A model generated the notes under the pieces. It saw only the letters and a list, made by a program, of their open reading frames with translations. It made no database searches and had not been told where the DNA came from. From NCBI RefSeq assembly GCF_035594765.1, contig NC_085846.1:10093190-10157189 (forward strand): a stretch of DNA of 64,000 nt, written 5' to 3'. Positions 1 to 11,360 of this stretch are shown in pieces (the stretch's first letter is position 1; each line of letters opens with the position of its first letter). This stretch comes from Anolis carolinensis (Eukaryota). The translations under genes were made by a program, and so were the position numbers.

Positions 1-137
1 TCACTAATAGGGTTCATTCCACAGAGTAGTCCAATATCAGTTTTTAAAAGACAGGATTGTGATATCTCATGCCAGAAATGTTTGAGCATAGGAAATAAAA
101 TATTTTGGAGCTAACAACAGAGCAAGTAGGATGAATG

Positions 138-1051
138 TTAGATTTTAGAATTATGTTTTCTCCTTATTAGATGCATCCTGTTGTTCAAATTGGACCTCAA
201 CAATATAATGTAACATTTGGGGGAGAAAATGCAACCCAATATCCCGGCCCCGGAGGACAAAATGGAAAAGACTTCCACGGCTACCATATATTTCCCTTTG
301 GTGCTGAGGTACGTTGGGACAAAGGACACCCAAACACTGCAGAAGACCAACATGCTGAAGGTGATGAACTTGGCTTCATTGAAACTGTCAGGCAACTTCC
401 TGGCCAGGAAAGCCACCGTGAAGCTGACGAAGGAAAGGAAGCCCATGTAGCTCAAGACGCAGTAGAACATGGTGACGGAGCCTTCGTTACACTCCACAAC
501 GATTTCCTCTGTGATCAAATGTTTGTTGAAGTCTGGGAAGGGAGGGGAATACGCCAACCAAGCAGCACAAATGCTGACCTGAACAAGGGAACATCCCAAG
601 ACCACAGAATATGCCATTCTTTTCCCAATCCATTTGCGGAAAATGTTCCTTGACTGGGAACCCATGAAAGCCACAACCACGACCGTCGTTTTGGCCAGAA
701 CAGAAGACACCGCAATGGAGAAGACAATGCCAAATGCCATTTGACGTAGGAGGCAAGTCAAGTGATTGGGCTTTCCAATGAATAGCAAGGAGCTAAGGAA
801 GCAAAGACACAGAGATGTGAGGAGTAAGTAGCTAAGGCCCCGGTTGTTGGCTTTGACGATGGGAGTGTGTTGTTGCTTAATGAAGATGGCAAGCACGAAT
901 GCCGTCAACACAGAAAGGAAAAGAGACAACGAAGCTAAAGTGAGGCCCAATGATTCCTCAATGGAAAGGAAAGTCTGAACTTTGGGAATACAATGGTCTC
1001 TCCCACGATTTGGATAGTCATCTTCTGGGCAGCTGATGCAATAGTCCCTGT
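138..1051 (-). CDS. V2R-1 exon 6 (end of Cys-rich domain + 7TM)
   Basis: Acceptor tctacag|AC; [13 protein letters not shown]...TPIVKANN...[12 protein letters not shown]...KHNSKI*. Confidence 0.95.
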
Positions 1052-3475
1052 CTGTAGAAAGAAAAGATGTGAATGTTACCTTCCAGAGCTACAATGCCAC
1101 TTGAGCTCCTGAGTAGCTGACAGTACTTTGGGTCTAAAAAAGGAAATGTGTTAATGTTGAAGCTATGAGAATAGTTTTAAATATACTTTTAAAAAATCAG
1201 CTTTACTTTGATTTTTTTAATATCAAAACACATTTAATACTGAATGCAATTAAGGATATGTCTTGTAATGAAAAAGGAACACATTTGAGAATGGGAACAA
1301 CATCCTGCGGTTGGTGGGAGTAGACCGGAATAAACCTAGGAAAATACAAACACTATTTGGAGATAGAAATAGGACTAGATAGACTCATAGATAGATAGCT
1401 GAACTATAGCAGTGAATACTTCAGCCTCCCAACAAATTTACCCCTGTTGACCAATCTGTGATCAATGAATACAGTAGAGTCTCATTTATCCAACATTCGC
1501 TTATCCAATGTTCTGGATTATCCAACACATTTTTGTAGTCAATGTTTTCAATACATCGTGATATTTTGGTGCTAAATTAGTAAATGCAGTAATTACTACA
1601 TAGCATTACTGCGTTTTGAACTACTTTTTCTGCCAAATTTGTTGTATAACATGATGTTTTGGTGCTTAATTTGTAAAATCATAACCTAATTTGATGTTTA
1701 ATAGACTTTTCCTTGATCCCTCCTTATTATCCAACATATTCGCTTATCCAATGTTCTGCCGGCCCATTTATGTTGGATAAGTGAGACTCTACTATATCTC
1801 CTATTTCAGCCTGGTAAACGCTCTGTGATGTCTCCAATGCATAATTTTGCTCAGAGTCTTCACTATTCTTAAACTGAAAAAATCTAGGGAGTGTACATAC
1901 AATAAACATATGGCATAACCCCTTCAGTGCAATTCTCAAGGACTCTTGTCCATCAATTGCAGGCATGTACGTTTTGGCTTGCAATTCATGCGAGAAGTCT
2001 CTTATTGGTGTCTTAATAAGTTATCAGTTTCCTTAGCATGGGAGAACATGCCTCCTACCTGTCTGTTCTGCAACCTTCCCTTCAGGACATGGAGCACAAT
2101 CATAGCAACAGAAGGCCATCCCTTCCTTCTTTTTCTTGCTGTAGCCAGGAGAACACTTGGCATTACACAGTGAGGAAGGAGGCACCTATTCTTAAACAGA
2201 GACAATTCATTAGCACTGAAAAGATATCAAGGGGAAGACGGCATTAGAAATTATCTACTATGAAGTAAAGGAAGTGTTGACACTGAGAAATAATACTGAT
2301 GATTCTCAGCCAGTTCATTTTCTCAGTTTTCATGTTGCCCAGGGGACGCACGGATGTTTTGATGTTTCTACCATCCTTGTGGGAGGCTTCTCTCATGTCC
2401 CCGCATGGAGCTGGAGCTGATAGAGGGAGCTCATCCGCACTCTCCCCGGGTGGGATTCGAACGTGGCAGCTTTCAGGTCAGCAACCCGGCCTTCAAGTCA
2501 CAAGGCTTTAGTCCACTACGCCATTGGGGGCTCCTTCACAACACATGAGGACTTGTGGTGAGTATTCTGAGTTTTCTTCTCTTAACCCAACTTTGTTCTT
2601 TTTAAGGCAAGGTTGAAGAATACTCCAGAGTTTTAAAGCAAACTTATCCTGGGGTTTTCCAGCTGCCTGGACCAGTTCAGTTTCAAACTGGATAAACTGT
2701 CCAAAAGGACTCTGGAATCATCATCCCTGTGTCACTGCCACTGTTCCTTGTTGGCCATGGAGCTACCTGGCCATTGTGACATGTCTGCTGATGTCAGAAT
2801 GGGACGTCTAGGCAACCAACAAAAAATGACATCAGCAGACATGACAAGTGATGGCCAGGTGCCTGCAAGAGCTCTGTGGCTGACAAGTCATAGTGATACT
2901 GCTGATACATGGTCAAAGGGCAGAAATACCCCTGAGTAACCTGCCCTGCGTACATGCGACCTCCTAGCTCATGAGATCATAACCAAGTATATCACGTGAG
3001 AAGTCATTTTACTACCTGAACGAAACCTTTATGCCACTGGATTCTCTCCTCATTGATGGCGAACTCTTTGCCAGGAGGAGCATGTGGATCCAGGCTTCCC
3101 ACCATGTTGCCAACATAGGAGTTGTTGGGGAAAGTGACTAAGTTTGTAATAGCAAACCCAGCTGCTAATTCTCCGTGTCCATTAAAAGTAACTTCATCTC
3201 CAGCATTATTGTTGAATGAAATCCCTTGAATCAAAGAGTGAAGCTAAGTGGAAACAGAAAGCGATTCACACAACTTAAATTAGAAGGGCTTTGGAGTCAT
3301 TATGCTAAATTTCGATGCCTATTTTCCTAGGGTCCCATTCTGAAGTGCAATGACAACTGCATTTCAGTAAACCACATTACCACAATGTGGATTGTCTGGC
3401 TACTTAGACGGGTAGAATATATATACTTGGTTAAGTATAAAATATAAAATGAGACATTTACAATACATTGTTAGA

Positions 3476-3509
<34 letters not shown>

Positions 3510-6500
3510 TACAACATTGCTAAAGCACATAATCAAAACACATAGTCATTTTAAACTACTCTATAGAATACACATGTTAAAACATTTTCATAAACGACAT
3601 ATTAAAATATACGGAAAAAAAGCTAGATATAGAGTGGAAGTTTAAAATTCATTATTAAAACTTTCTGAGTAGGCCTGCCGGAAAAGCTAGGTCTTCACTG
3701 GAGCCCTACTGGCAGGTCATTCCACAGTTGTGGGGCGGCCGATGAAAAGGTCCTCTGGGTGGTGGTTGTCAGTCGGGTTCTGACAGGCTGGTGCACTCCC
3801 CCCCCCCTTCAAGAGGATCTCAGAGTTTGTGCTTTACTTTTCGTCCTTCCTGTTTCATTCCCTGAGGGTCTCTGTATACCAGGGAGCCTGTTTTGTCATG
3901 GGTTGGAAAGGATGTTTGGGAGCAATCACGTCAATAGCCCTGGTTACATTTTGATTCCACTTATTGACGAAGGATTCAACAGCATAATCGGTGATGCCAG
4001 TGATAAACCCCTCTAAGACAGTTGTTCTCAATCTGTGGGTCCCCAGATGTTTTGGGCTTCAGCTTCTAGACATCCTAACAGCTGGTAAACTGACTGGGAT
4101 TTCTGGGAGTGGTTGGCCAAAACACCTGGGAACACACAGGTTGAGAACCTCTGCTCCAAGGCTTCTTTGAATCTCAAAGCATCAATTACAAAATGCATCA
4201 GAGTTGGAACTGATACATTTTGACTAACTCTGACTCCATGACTTTGGAAGCACATCTTGGGTCACAAGAAGCCTAAAATGACTACATTGCAGCTACTCTG
4301 CTCTGCATATCTTGTGGTTGACATGCATTATGAAAAAGCTGATTACACCATGTACCACATTTTTGTTCCTGGGTTATAAGTGTAATTCCCTGATTGGTTC
4401 TATCATACCAACATGGAAAAATGTTATTAAATTGCAAAAACATTGTTTTTGCAGGACATCCTGCAGAATATTTTGCTATACTTTTTCAATGAATATCACA
4501 TAAACTCTGTACCAATTCAGCATATTTTGTAGCAGCCACAAAAACAAAGTTTCTGGAGATTAACAATTACAGTAGAGTCTCACTTATCCAACATAAAAGG
4601 GCCGGCAGAACGTTGGATAATTGAATATGTTGGATAATAAGGAGAGATTAAGAAAAAGCCTATTAAACATCAAAATAGGTTATGATTTTACAAATTAAGC
4701 ACCAAAACATCATGTTATACAACAAAGTTGACAGAAAAAGTAGTTCATTACACATTAATGCTATGTAGTAATTACTGTATTTACGAATTAAGCACCAAAA
4801 TATCAGAATGCATTGAAAACATTGACTACAAAAATGTGTTGAATAATCCAGAACATTGGATAAGTGAGACTCTACTGTATTTTCAAAGTAAGGATTACAT
4901 AATTAAACAAGAAATAACAAAATCGGTTTTTCAGTAAGCTATTACCTTCCAAACCTGCAGGTGAGAGGCCAATATGCTTGGATTTTCCTTTGCTCTGGCA
5001 TGAAGTCTTAGTCTAGATGAAGCCATGATATGGAAGGCATGCGCAAGAGCATACACAGCGTTATAGATGCTGTAGCTGTGGCCAGTCATTCTCATTTCAA
5101 AAAAGGGAGCCGGAAGGCTCTCTAGTTTCTCCTCCCTGGTGCAGGGTCCGAGGAATCCTGTTGGATCACCGTATGGTGGAATGAAACAGTCAAAGCTTTG
5201 TTCCCAGAACTCTTTAATGAAACCGTTTCCTTCTTCATCAGAAGGGTGGATAGCCTGAAGGTATTCCTGGAAACCTTCAATGTCCCTTGACTGCAGCGCA
5301 AAAGAGATGGCACCATGGATTGCTTGCATATTGAACGCCTTTTGAATGATGCTTAAAGCAACATCAATTTGTGCGGTCATGATCCACACTTTCACAGCAA
5401 AGCTCATGTCATCTACATCAAGGAACACATTTGCAGAGACAAAAAAGGTCAGCCATGCGAACGATCCCACTTCCCCATATACAATCATCACGTTTTCTTT
5501 GCCTTTCAAGAAGGTGTCTACATTACTGAAGAAACCTTCAAGCATGTCATGTAAACCTATATCTTTTGGAAGAATGACTTTAGAAGAAATGCAGATTCCG
5601 TTCTGCGAAAACATCGGCTCCAGAGTTGACAAGAAATGCTCCCCGCTTTTTGTTTCCTTTGTAATGATCCCTACCCATTTCCATTCAAAATGCAGAAGGA
5701 GTTGGACAATTCCCCAGATCTGGAAATCCTCGTTGGGGACCATGCGGTAAAAGAAAGGGGCATCTGTTTGATCAACCGTCCTTGGCTCAAATGAACCATA
5801 AGAAACCTACAAGAATAAATAAAGAAATAGTGCCGACGATGGAACAAGGGTACTCATTTACTTCCTTTTTACTTTTTTCTACCTTTTCAACCAGAAGGAT
5901 TCCAATAGCTGCCTATTAGATAATGCGGCATAGTTTTGTAATATAGTTTATCTTGTTAAGCATTAACTTTCAATAACAATATTAATAAAACAATATTTAT
6001 ACTAGCCAGGAGGAGGGCGGTGACTGAGAGTTTTCTGTAGGTCTCTCAGCCTCTGTGTGCCTTCCTCGAGCCATCCTTCTGGCATTAGGATGGGGCTGCT
6101 TACACTGTCCTTAAGCCAGGAGGAGGGCGAGACACACGGTGGCTGAGAGCGCTCCAGAGGACTTTCAGCTGCTGCATCCCTTCCTCCCTCATCTTTTGAG
6201 CATTAGGGTGTGGTGGGCCACTATGTCCTTATTCCAAAAGAACAAGGAAAATAAGGAGGGCCTGAAGTAAGCACCCCGGTGGCTACATCTGGCCCCTGGG
6301 CCTTAGTTTGCCCATGCATGGTATAAAGGATTGAAGTGGAGCGGAGAGGCTAGAAGTTATTCCTTCAGGCAGGGGGAATCTTTTTTATATCCCACCGCTG
6401 CCACCAATATAAAGAAGGCACTGACAACAAATATATTGGACACCTCTCCACTCTACTCACTCACACGCAAGCACACGTATGTGAGAGGTGAGGATATACC

Positions 6501-9500
6501 ATTTTCTTTTTAAATGGTAGCTGTCACCAACCTAAATGATTTTAGGATTTTTGTTGTTAAATGTGTCTGAGGCAAACTTCTCCCATTCCCTGCCCACACT
6601 GTTTCTACCCCTGGCTCCCAAACTGATGTTCACTATGAGGCTTTTCTGTGGTATTTTATTGTTGTATTGCTTGATGGAAATATACACTGTGGAGGCTCTT
6701 GAAAGTGGAAAATAGAATAAAAATTTATTTTCTTAAAAACAGGCAAATGATTACTTCAGAGAGGTACATTAGCATAAACGGTTACAGACGATCTTCAGCT
6801 TAACTTAGTAGTATGTTTCAGATTACTTCACTTAGTTTCAAACAGTTCCAACCAACCAATCTATCTATTGGTCACAAAAACCCTTGCTCTATTTGCTGAG
6901 AATAGTCATGAGTTCCCCTGGGTTGTTAACTAACTCTAACCTAGAGTCCTTCTATTAACCAGCCCAGTAGTGAGAGTCAATCCCTTGAGTTATCTTCCCC
7001 TCAAGAGATCCAAACTGCCTGACCTAGCCTGTCAGTTTTCACAGCTTTCAGTTCTCTCACACACACACTCTCCCAACTCCAAAACCAAACTGCTCTCTTC
7101 AAACCCTAAAACAGAACTCCCTGGAGCTCTTTTTTCCCCTCTGCACTCTAAGACTTGGCTCCTCCCATCTGCTCTGGCTGGCCAATCCTAGGAGTCTCTC
7201 TCTAAGCTCCTCCCCCTTTCTAACCACACTCAAGATGGCTGCCTGGCATTCCTCAACAGAATGGAGGCCTGCCTCACTCACTGTTACCAGGCTTCATTCT
7301 TGGCCTAATAGGTAAGGTTCACTACACCTGGTATGTAAGGAATTTAGAGATATTCCTTCTTCTGCCCCTAGGTCCATTTAGCTCTTTGGTAAGTGAAAGA
7401 AAAAGAGAGTTCCAGGTATATACCCTAGCGTATATATACTTTCTTTCTGTCTTCCTTCTTTCCTTACTTACCGTATATACTCGAGTATAAGCCAACCCGA
7501 ATATAAGCTGAGGCACCTAATTTTTCCACAAAAAGCTGGGATAACTTATTGACTTAAGTATAAGCTGAGGGTGGAAAATGCAGCAGCTACCGGTAAATTT
7601 CAAAATAAAAATAGATACCAATAAAATTTCATTAATCCAGGCATCAGTAGATTAAATGTTTTTGAATATTTACCATATTTCAAAGAAAAACAAACTAGCT
7701 CTATAAGTGGAAAAGTAGGGGCAACAAAAACAATATGGTATCAACAATAACCTAATAATAATAATAATAACAACTTCAATTGGATCCCACCCTATCTCCT
7801 CATGGGGACTCAGGCCAGCTTCCAACATAGTAACAGACAAACATTCAATGCTTATATAAACAATGCAGAGCTAGATATAGATCTATAATTATATATACTA
7901 ATTTCACATATGCATTTTCCCCAAAACATTTGCAAATCCCCCTTTCTCTATGTATGTGTGTGTGTATTTCCCCTACAATATTTGAAAGCCATATATATAT
8001 ATATAGACATGTCTATATATATTTGTGTGTTCATTTCCCCCCTGTAATATTTGCAAGCCCTATATATAGGTAGGTAAGAATATCTTCATATCTATCCAGA
8101 CATCTCTCTTTTTATAGATAATTATATCTATATAGAATTTGCAGAGACTTGCAAACATATGAGGGTAAATTCATATATAAAAATAATGTATATGTATGGC
8201 CAAAGATACACAGGTACATGGATCTATATGTATAAAGGATTTGCAAAGACCTACAAACATATGAGGGGAAAATTCATATATAAAATTAATGTATATAGAT
8301 AGATACAAATATAAAGGTACATAGAGATTGCAAAAGCTTGCAAGGGGTTAATGCCTATATATCTGTAGGAGAGTTTAACAAATATTTCAGGGGAAAATGC
8401 TTTCATAAGATTATATATTTTTCTTCTTCCTGACTTGCAAGGGCATCTTTCTCTTTTCAAAACATTCCCTTGATTAAGAGCGAGGGAGGCTTTGCAAAAG
8501 AAAACACACTGAGGAGAAGAGAGAAATAGATCACATATTGCAAGCAATAGCCTGCAGGCTCCATTGCAGGCCTTGACCTTGACCCAATTGTTCTGTCACA
8601 CGCTGGGCCTGTGACTGACTGTCTGTTATATAGGACATACGCTTTACGCCCAGCGGGAAGCCAGGGACCTAAAGAAGGGTCGTTGAGGAATTTTCCTGAA
8701 AAGATGGCCTTGAAGTCTTTAAAGAAATAACAAAGTCTTTATTGATGAACAAATAATAAATCTTCAAGGAGTCTTGTCCCACAGGACAGGCGATTGGCTT
8801 TGAATAACTGTGGAAACCCTCTTATAACCCCTCCCAGGCTATCTGTTATCTGGGCCTAGCTAGTCTGGGACCCACTGCCAACTCCAAGTGCGTCTGAGTG
8901 GACCTACCAGCCAATGACTTGCAGATGTTTCTGTGCTGTTGTTCTGTATCCCTGGACAGTCAATATCCCTGGGGTTCTTTAACCTTGGTGCTCTTTATCC
9001 CCGGTGGTCCTTTATCCCTGGTGGTCTTGAAATAGGAAGCCTTTTACAGGACGAGCTGGTCTATGTCCTACAGCTGAACTTCCCAAGAGAGACTAACTTA
9101 AAAATGGCTCCTTCCCTCCCAGAGCCCTGAACAGGGGGCGGAACCAAACTTAATGGTGATTGACAGGTGGCCTGTCCTATGGCTGCAAACATTTGCAGCA
9201 AGAAAGTAAAATAGAAGGTTCTGGTACAGCTGTACCAGCACACCGATTATAAGCCGGGGGAGGCTTTTTCAGCTCATAAAAAGGGCTGACAAACTTGGTG
9301 TATCTTCGAGTATATACGGTACTATTTTCTTTGCCTTCCTTCCTTTCCTCCTTTGCCTTTCTTCCCCCTCCTTTCCGTCTTTCCTCCCTTTCCCTCATGT
9401 CAACATTTTCTCCAAGTGGAAGGTGGAAAGTGGTACGTTCCAAAATAAAACCTTTAGGGTTAGCATTCTATAATGAGGTCACGATGACAGAGATGACATT

Positions 9501-11352
9501 TGCCCCATCATGCTTCTTCCTCCCCTCAGAAGGTGGGAACATGGCAGAAGATCTTATGAGTTGTTGTCATGTATCTTGTTTGGGGATTTCCAAGGCTAAG
9601 AGTGTTGTCACCCAATACTCAAACTACTACCCCATACTGGTTGTGAAACGAATACGATTATCATGTTGCTAAAGTTAAACTAGATAATCAGATCACTGTT
9701 CAAAGCAAAAGCTATGTTAGAAGTGGAGAGGTTCCCATACCCACAATCTTGGAGAGTTACTTCCCAATGTATTCCTCCTCCCCATCATAATCTTTGGAGC
9801 AATACTTCTTTCCACCAAATCTAACCACTCCACAGCTTCACTCACACTCCGTGTATATAACATTTACCCCTCAAATCAGGAAGCTACTAGCAGTTGAACA
9901 CGGAACAAAGAGCTACTTCTGGGATTTAGAAAATCTGCAGAACCCCCCAAGATTAAATCCTACCTGTGGGATCTTGTAAATGCCCAGGATGTCTGCCATA
10001 TATGAGGAGGTTTCCGAATCAAACCCTCCAGTCACTCCTATGACATTGTTCTGGAGGCCACACTTGTAGTTGGGAATAAATGCTTGGGATTTGCAGAGCA
10101 TGTCCAGAGTGACTCGGTAGGTCAGGCTTGCACTAGAGTAGCTGTCATAGATGTGGAAACCAAGAGTGACATTGGGCAAGATCTTGGGGTCCTTGTTGAT
10201 CTCATTAATGGCAAACACCAAGGCCAGGATGTGTTGGTAGTACTTCACCATCACTCTGTAAAGTTATATCAGTTTGTTAGAAAAGGACTCTGGAGCACTT
10301 CTGGAATAACTTTTATCACAATATTTGTGCAACTCTCATTTGAGATTAAAATACTTCTGCAGCAAACTGCTCCCACTAACTGAAATTGAAATGCTTAAAA
10401 GCATGATATTAATTAAAACATTAATTTTGAAATAGTTATTTAAACCAAATGCAGCCAACCATCCGCAGCCTATGTGAATGATTCAAACAATCTCAGACTG
10501 GAATAATAAAAGAATCATCAAACAGGAACAAAAACAACTTTAGAATTTCCTGAATAGCCAACAATGGAAAAACTGCTATGGGTTTCTATATGAATAGAGA
10601 CAGTGTAGGTTTCAAAGGATAAAATCAGCATCTTCCATTGGGTTCATCTATACTGTAGAAATTATGCAGTTTGGCATTACTTCACCTGCCAAGGCTCAAT
10701 GCTGTAGAATCCTGGGATTTGTAGTTTGGTGAGACACCAACATTCCTTGTCAGAGAAGGCCTTTGTAAATCTACAGCTTCCATTATTGCGTAGCATTGAG
10801 CAATGACAGTTAGTGATGCCAAATTGCTTTAATTCCACAGTGCAGATGCACATTTGGTTTGTCTCTAAGTAGACAGGTAGAAAATTACACCGTTGAGATA
10901 CTCTACATACTGACAATGTACATTATCAGGAGGAATTCCTTCCCAACCTTTTCCCATCAGCTATTGGAAAAAAAGGGATAATTTCTTGCTCAGATCAAGC
11001 AGAAGCAATCAGTAACATTCTCCAAATGTTGTATTTCTTTATACATTTCCCCATGATAGAATCAGTGAAGTTTGCCAACATACAAATTAAAATTCTATTA
11101 AAAAATATTATGGATGAAATACAAATATGTTCCTTACGCTGGCACATCATATGACTCCTGAGAAGGATGTCTTCGGAATGAAATTTGGGGTTCCATCAGA
11201 TGGATATGAGATGCAATCCCACCAATGAGGACTTCATTAGGCTGGTGCCATTCATGCGGAATAGGAAGAGGATCCATTGGTGTGCATTTCATAGTATGCA
11301 CTTTGCATATGGCATGAGTGGCCAGGAAAACCGGCAGCACTAAGATCCACAT
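138..11352 (-). CDS. Vomeronasal type-2 receptor V2R-1 (class C GPCR), 6 exons, 878 aa, apparently intact
   Basis: complement(join(138..1051,2059..2185,3016..3243,4946..5806,9964..10255,11138..11352)); exon lengths 215/292/861/228/127/914 = 2637 nt, in frame, all GT-AG. Signal peptide, Venus-flytrap exons, Cys-rich [11 protein letters not shown], 7TM with [20 protein letters not shown]. Confidence 0.93.
1472..1794. mobile_element. Tc1/mariner (pogo/Tigger-like) MITE, V2R-1 intron 5
   Basis: TIR CAGTAGAGTCTCA(C/T)TTATCCAAC at both ends, TA TSD; paralogs show the empty site tgaaTAtctcc (~16695, ~31240). Confidence 0.9.
2059..2185 (-). CDS. V2R-1 exon 5 (Cys-rich domain)
   Basis: aatag|GTGCCT...ACAG|gtagga; [42 protein letters not shown]. 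Confidence 0.93.
2333..2534 (-). mobile_element. Sauria-type tRNA-derived SINE, 3'-truncated
   Basis: Reverse strand GGAGCCCCC..TGGCGTAGTGG (A box)..GTTCGAATCCC (B box)..GAGCTCCCTCTATCAGCTCCAGCTCC; family recognised from memory. Confidence 0.75.
3016..3243 (-). CDS. V2R-1 exon 4
   Basis: 228 nt; cacttag|CTTCAC...CAG|gtagta; [14 protein letters not shown]...INEERIQWH. Confidence 0.93.
3479..3790 (-). mobile_element. L2 LINE 3' remnant with (TAA)n tail, shared with V2R-2 intron 3
   Basis: Aligns with 18745-19100; ggcaggtcattccacag motif encoding the reverse-strand LWNDLP end of L2 ORF2. Confidence 0.7.
4019..4153. mobile_element. hAT-type hairpin MITE
   Basis: TIR CAGT(G/T)GTTCTCAA...TTGAGAACC(A/T)CTG; degenerate 8-bp TSD ctctaaga/ctccaagg; second copy at 61709. 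Confidence 0.75.
4570..4877. mobile_element. Tc1/mariner MITE (CAGTAGAGTCTCAC family) nested in an older TIR element
   Basis: TIRs at both ends, TA TSD; the host element (~4343-4920) is paralogous to 35731-36027. Confidence 0.9.
4946..5806 (-). CDS. V2R-1 exon 3 (Venus flytrap domain)
   Basis: 861 nt; ttgtag|GTTTCT...AAG|gtaata; FYRMVPNE...[10 protein letters not shown]...[16 protein letters not shown]. Confidence 0.93.
6432..7326 (-). mobile_element. LTR-like interspersed repeat, copy A
   Basis: Aligns over ~900 bp with 11833-12782; ends ...ggttcactaca; left boundary approximate. Confidence 0.6.
7471..9319. mobile_element. Non-autonomous Tc2/pogo-like DNA transposon
   Basis: TIR CCGTATATACTCGAG...TCGAGTATATACGG, TA TSD; empty site ttactTActattt in V2R-3 at ~48495. 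Confidence 0.85.
8589..9242. mobile_element. Solo LTR nested in the Tc2-like element
   Basis: TGTTCTG...CAGCACA termini; 5-bp TSD ccaat/ccgat. Confidence 0.7.
9964..10255 (-). CDS. V2R-1 exon 2
   Basis: 292 nt; [33 protein letters not shown]...YKIPQ|gtag. Confidence 0.93.
10641..10851. mobile_element. Palindromic MITE (PIF/Harbinger-like) in intron 1, shared by V2R-1/2/3 (also ~24747-24958, ~49840-50050)
   Basis: catcta(c/t)actgtagaa...ttccacagtg(c/t)agatgca terminal inverted repeats; same position in all three paralogs; partial copy at ~53250-53460. Confidence 0.7.
11138..11352 (-). CDS. V2R-1 exon 1 (signal peptide)
   Basis: ATG at 11352; [16 protein letters not shown]...LIGGI; phase-2 donor GC|gtaagg. 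Confidence 0.88.
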
Positions 11353-11360
11353 CAAACATC

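Noticed and set aside
171-756. Antisense and alternate-frame ORFs over V2R exons that recur in the paralogs (also 5346..5750, 22285..22689)
   Set aside because: Shadows of near-identical coding exons; lengths vary between paralogs and there is no independent signal.
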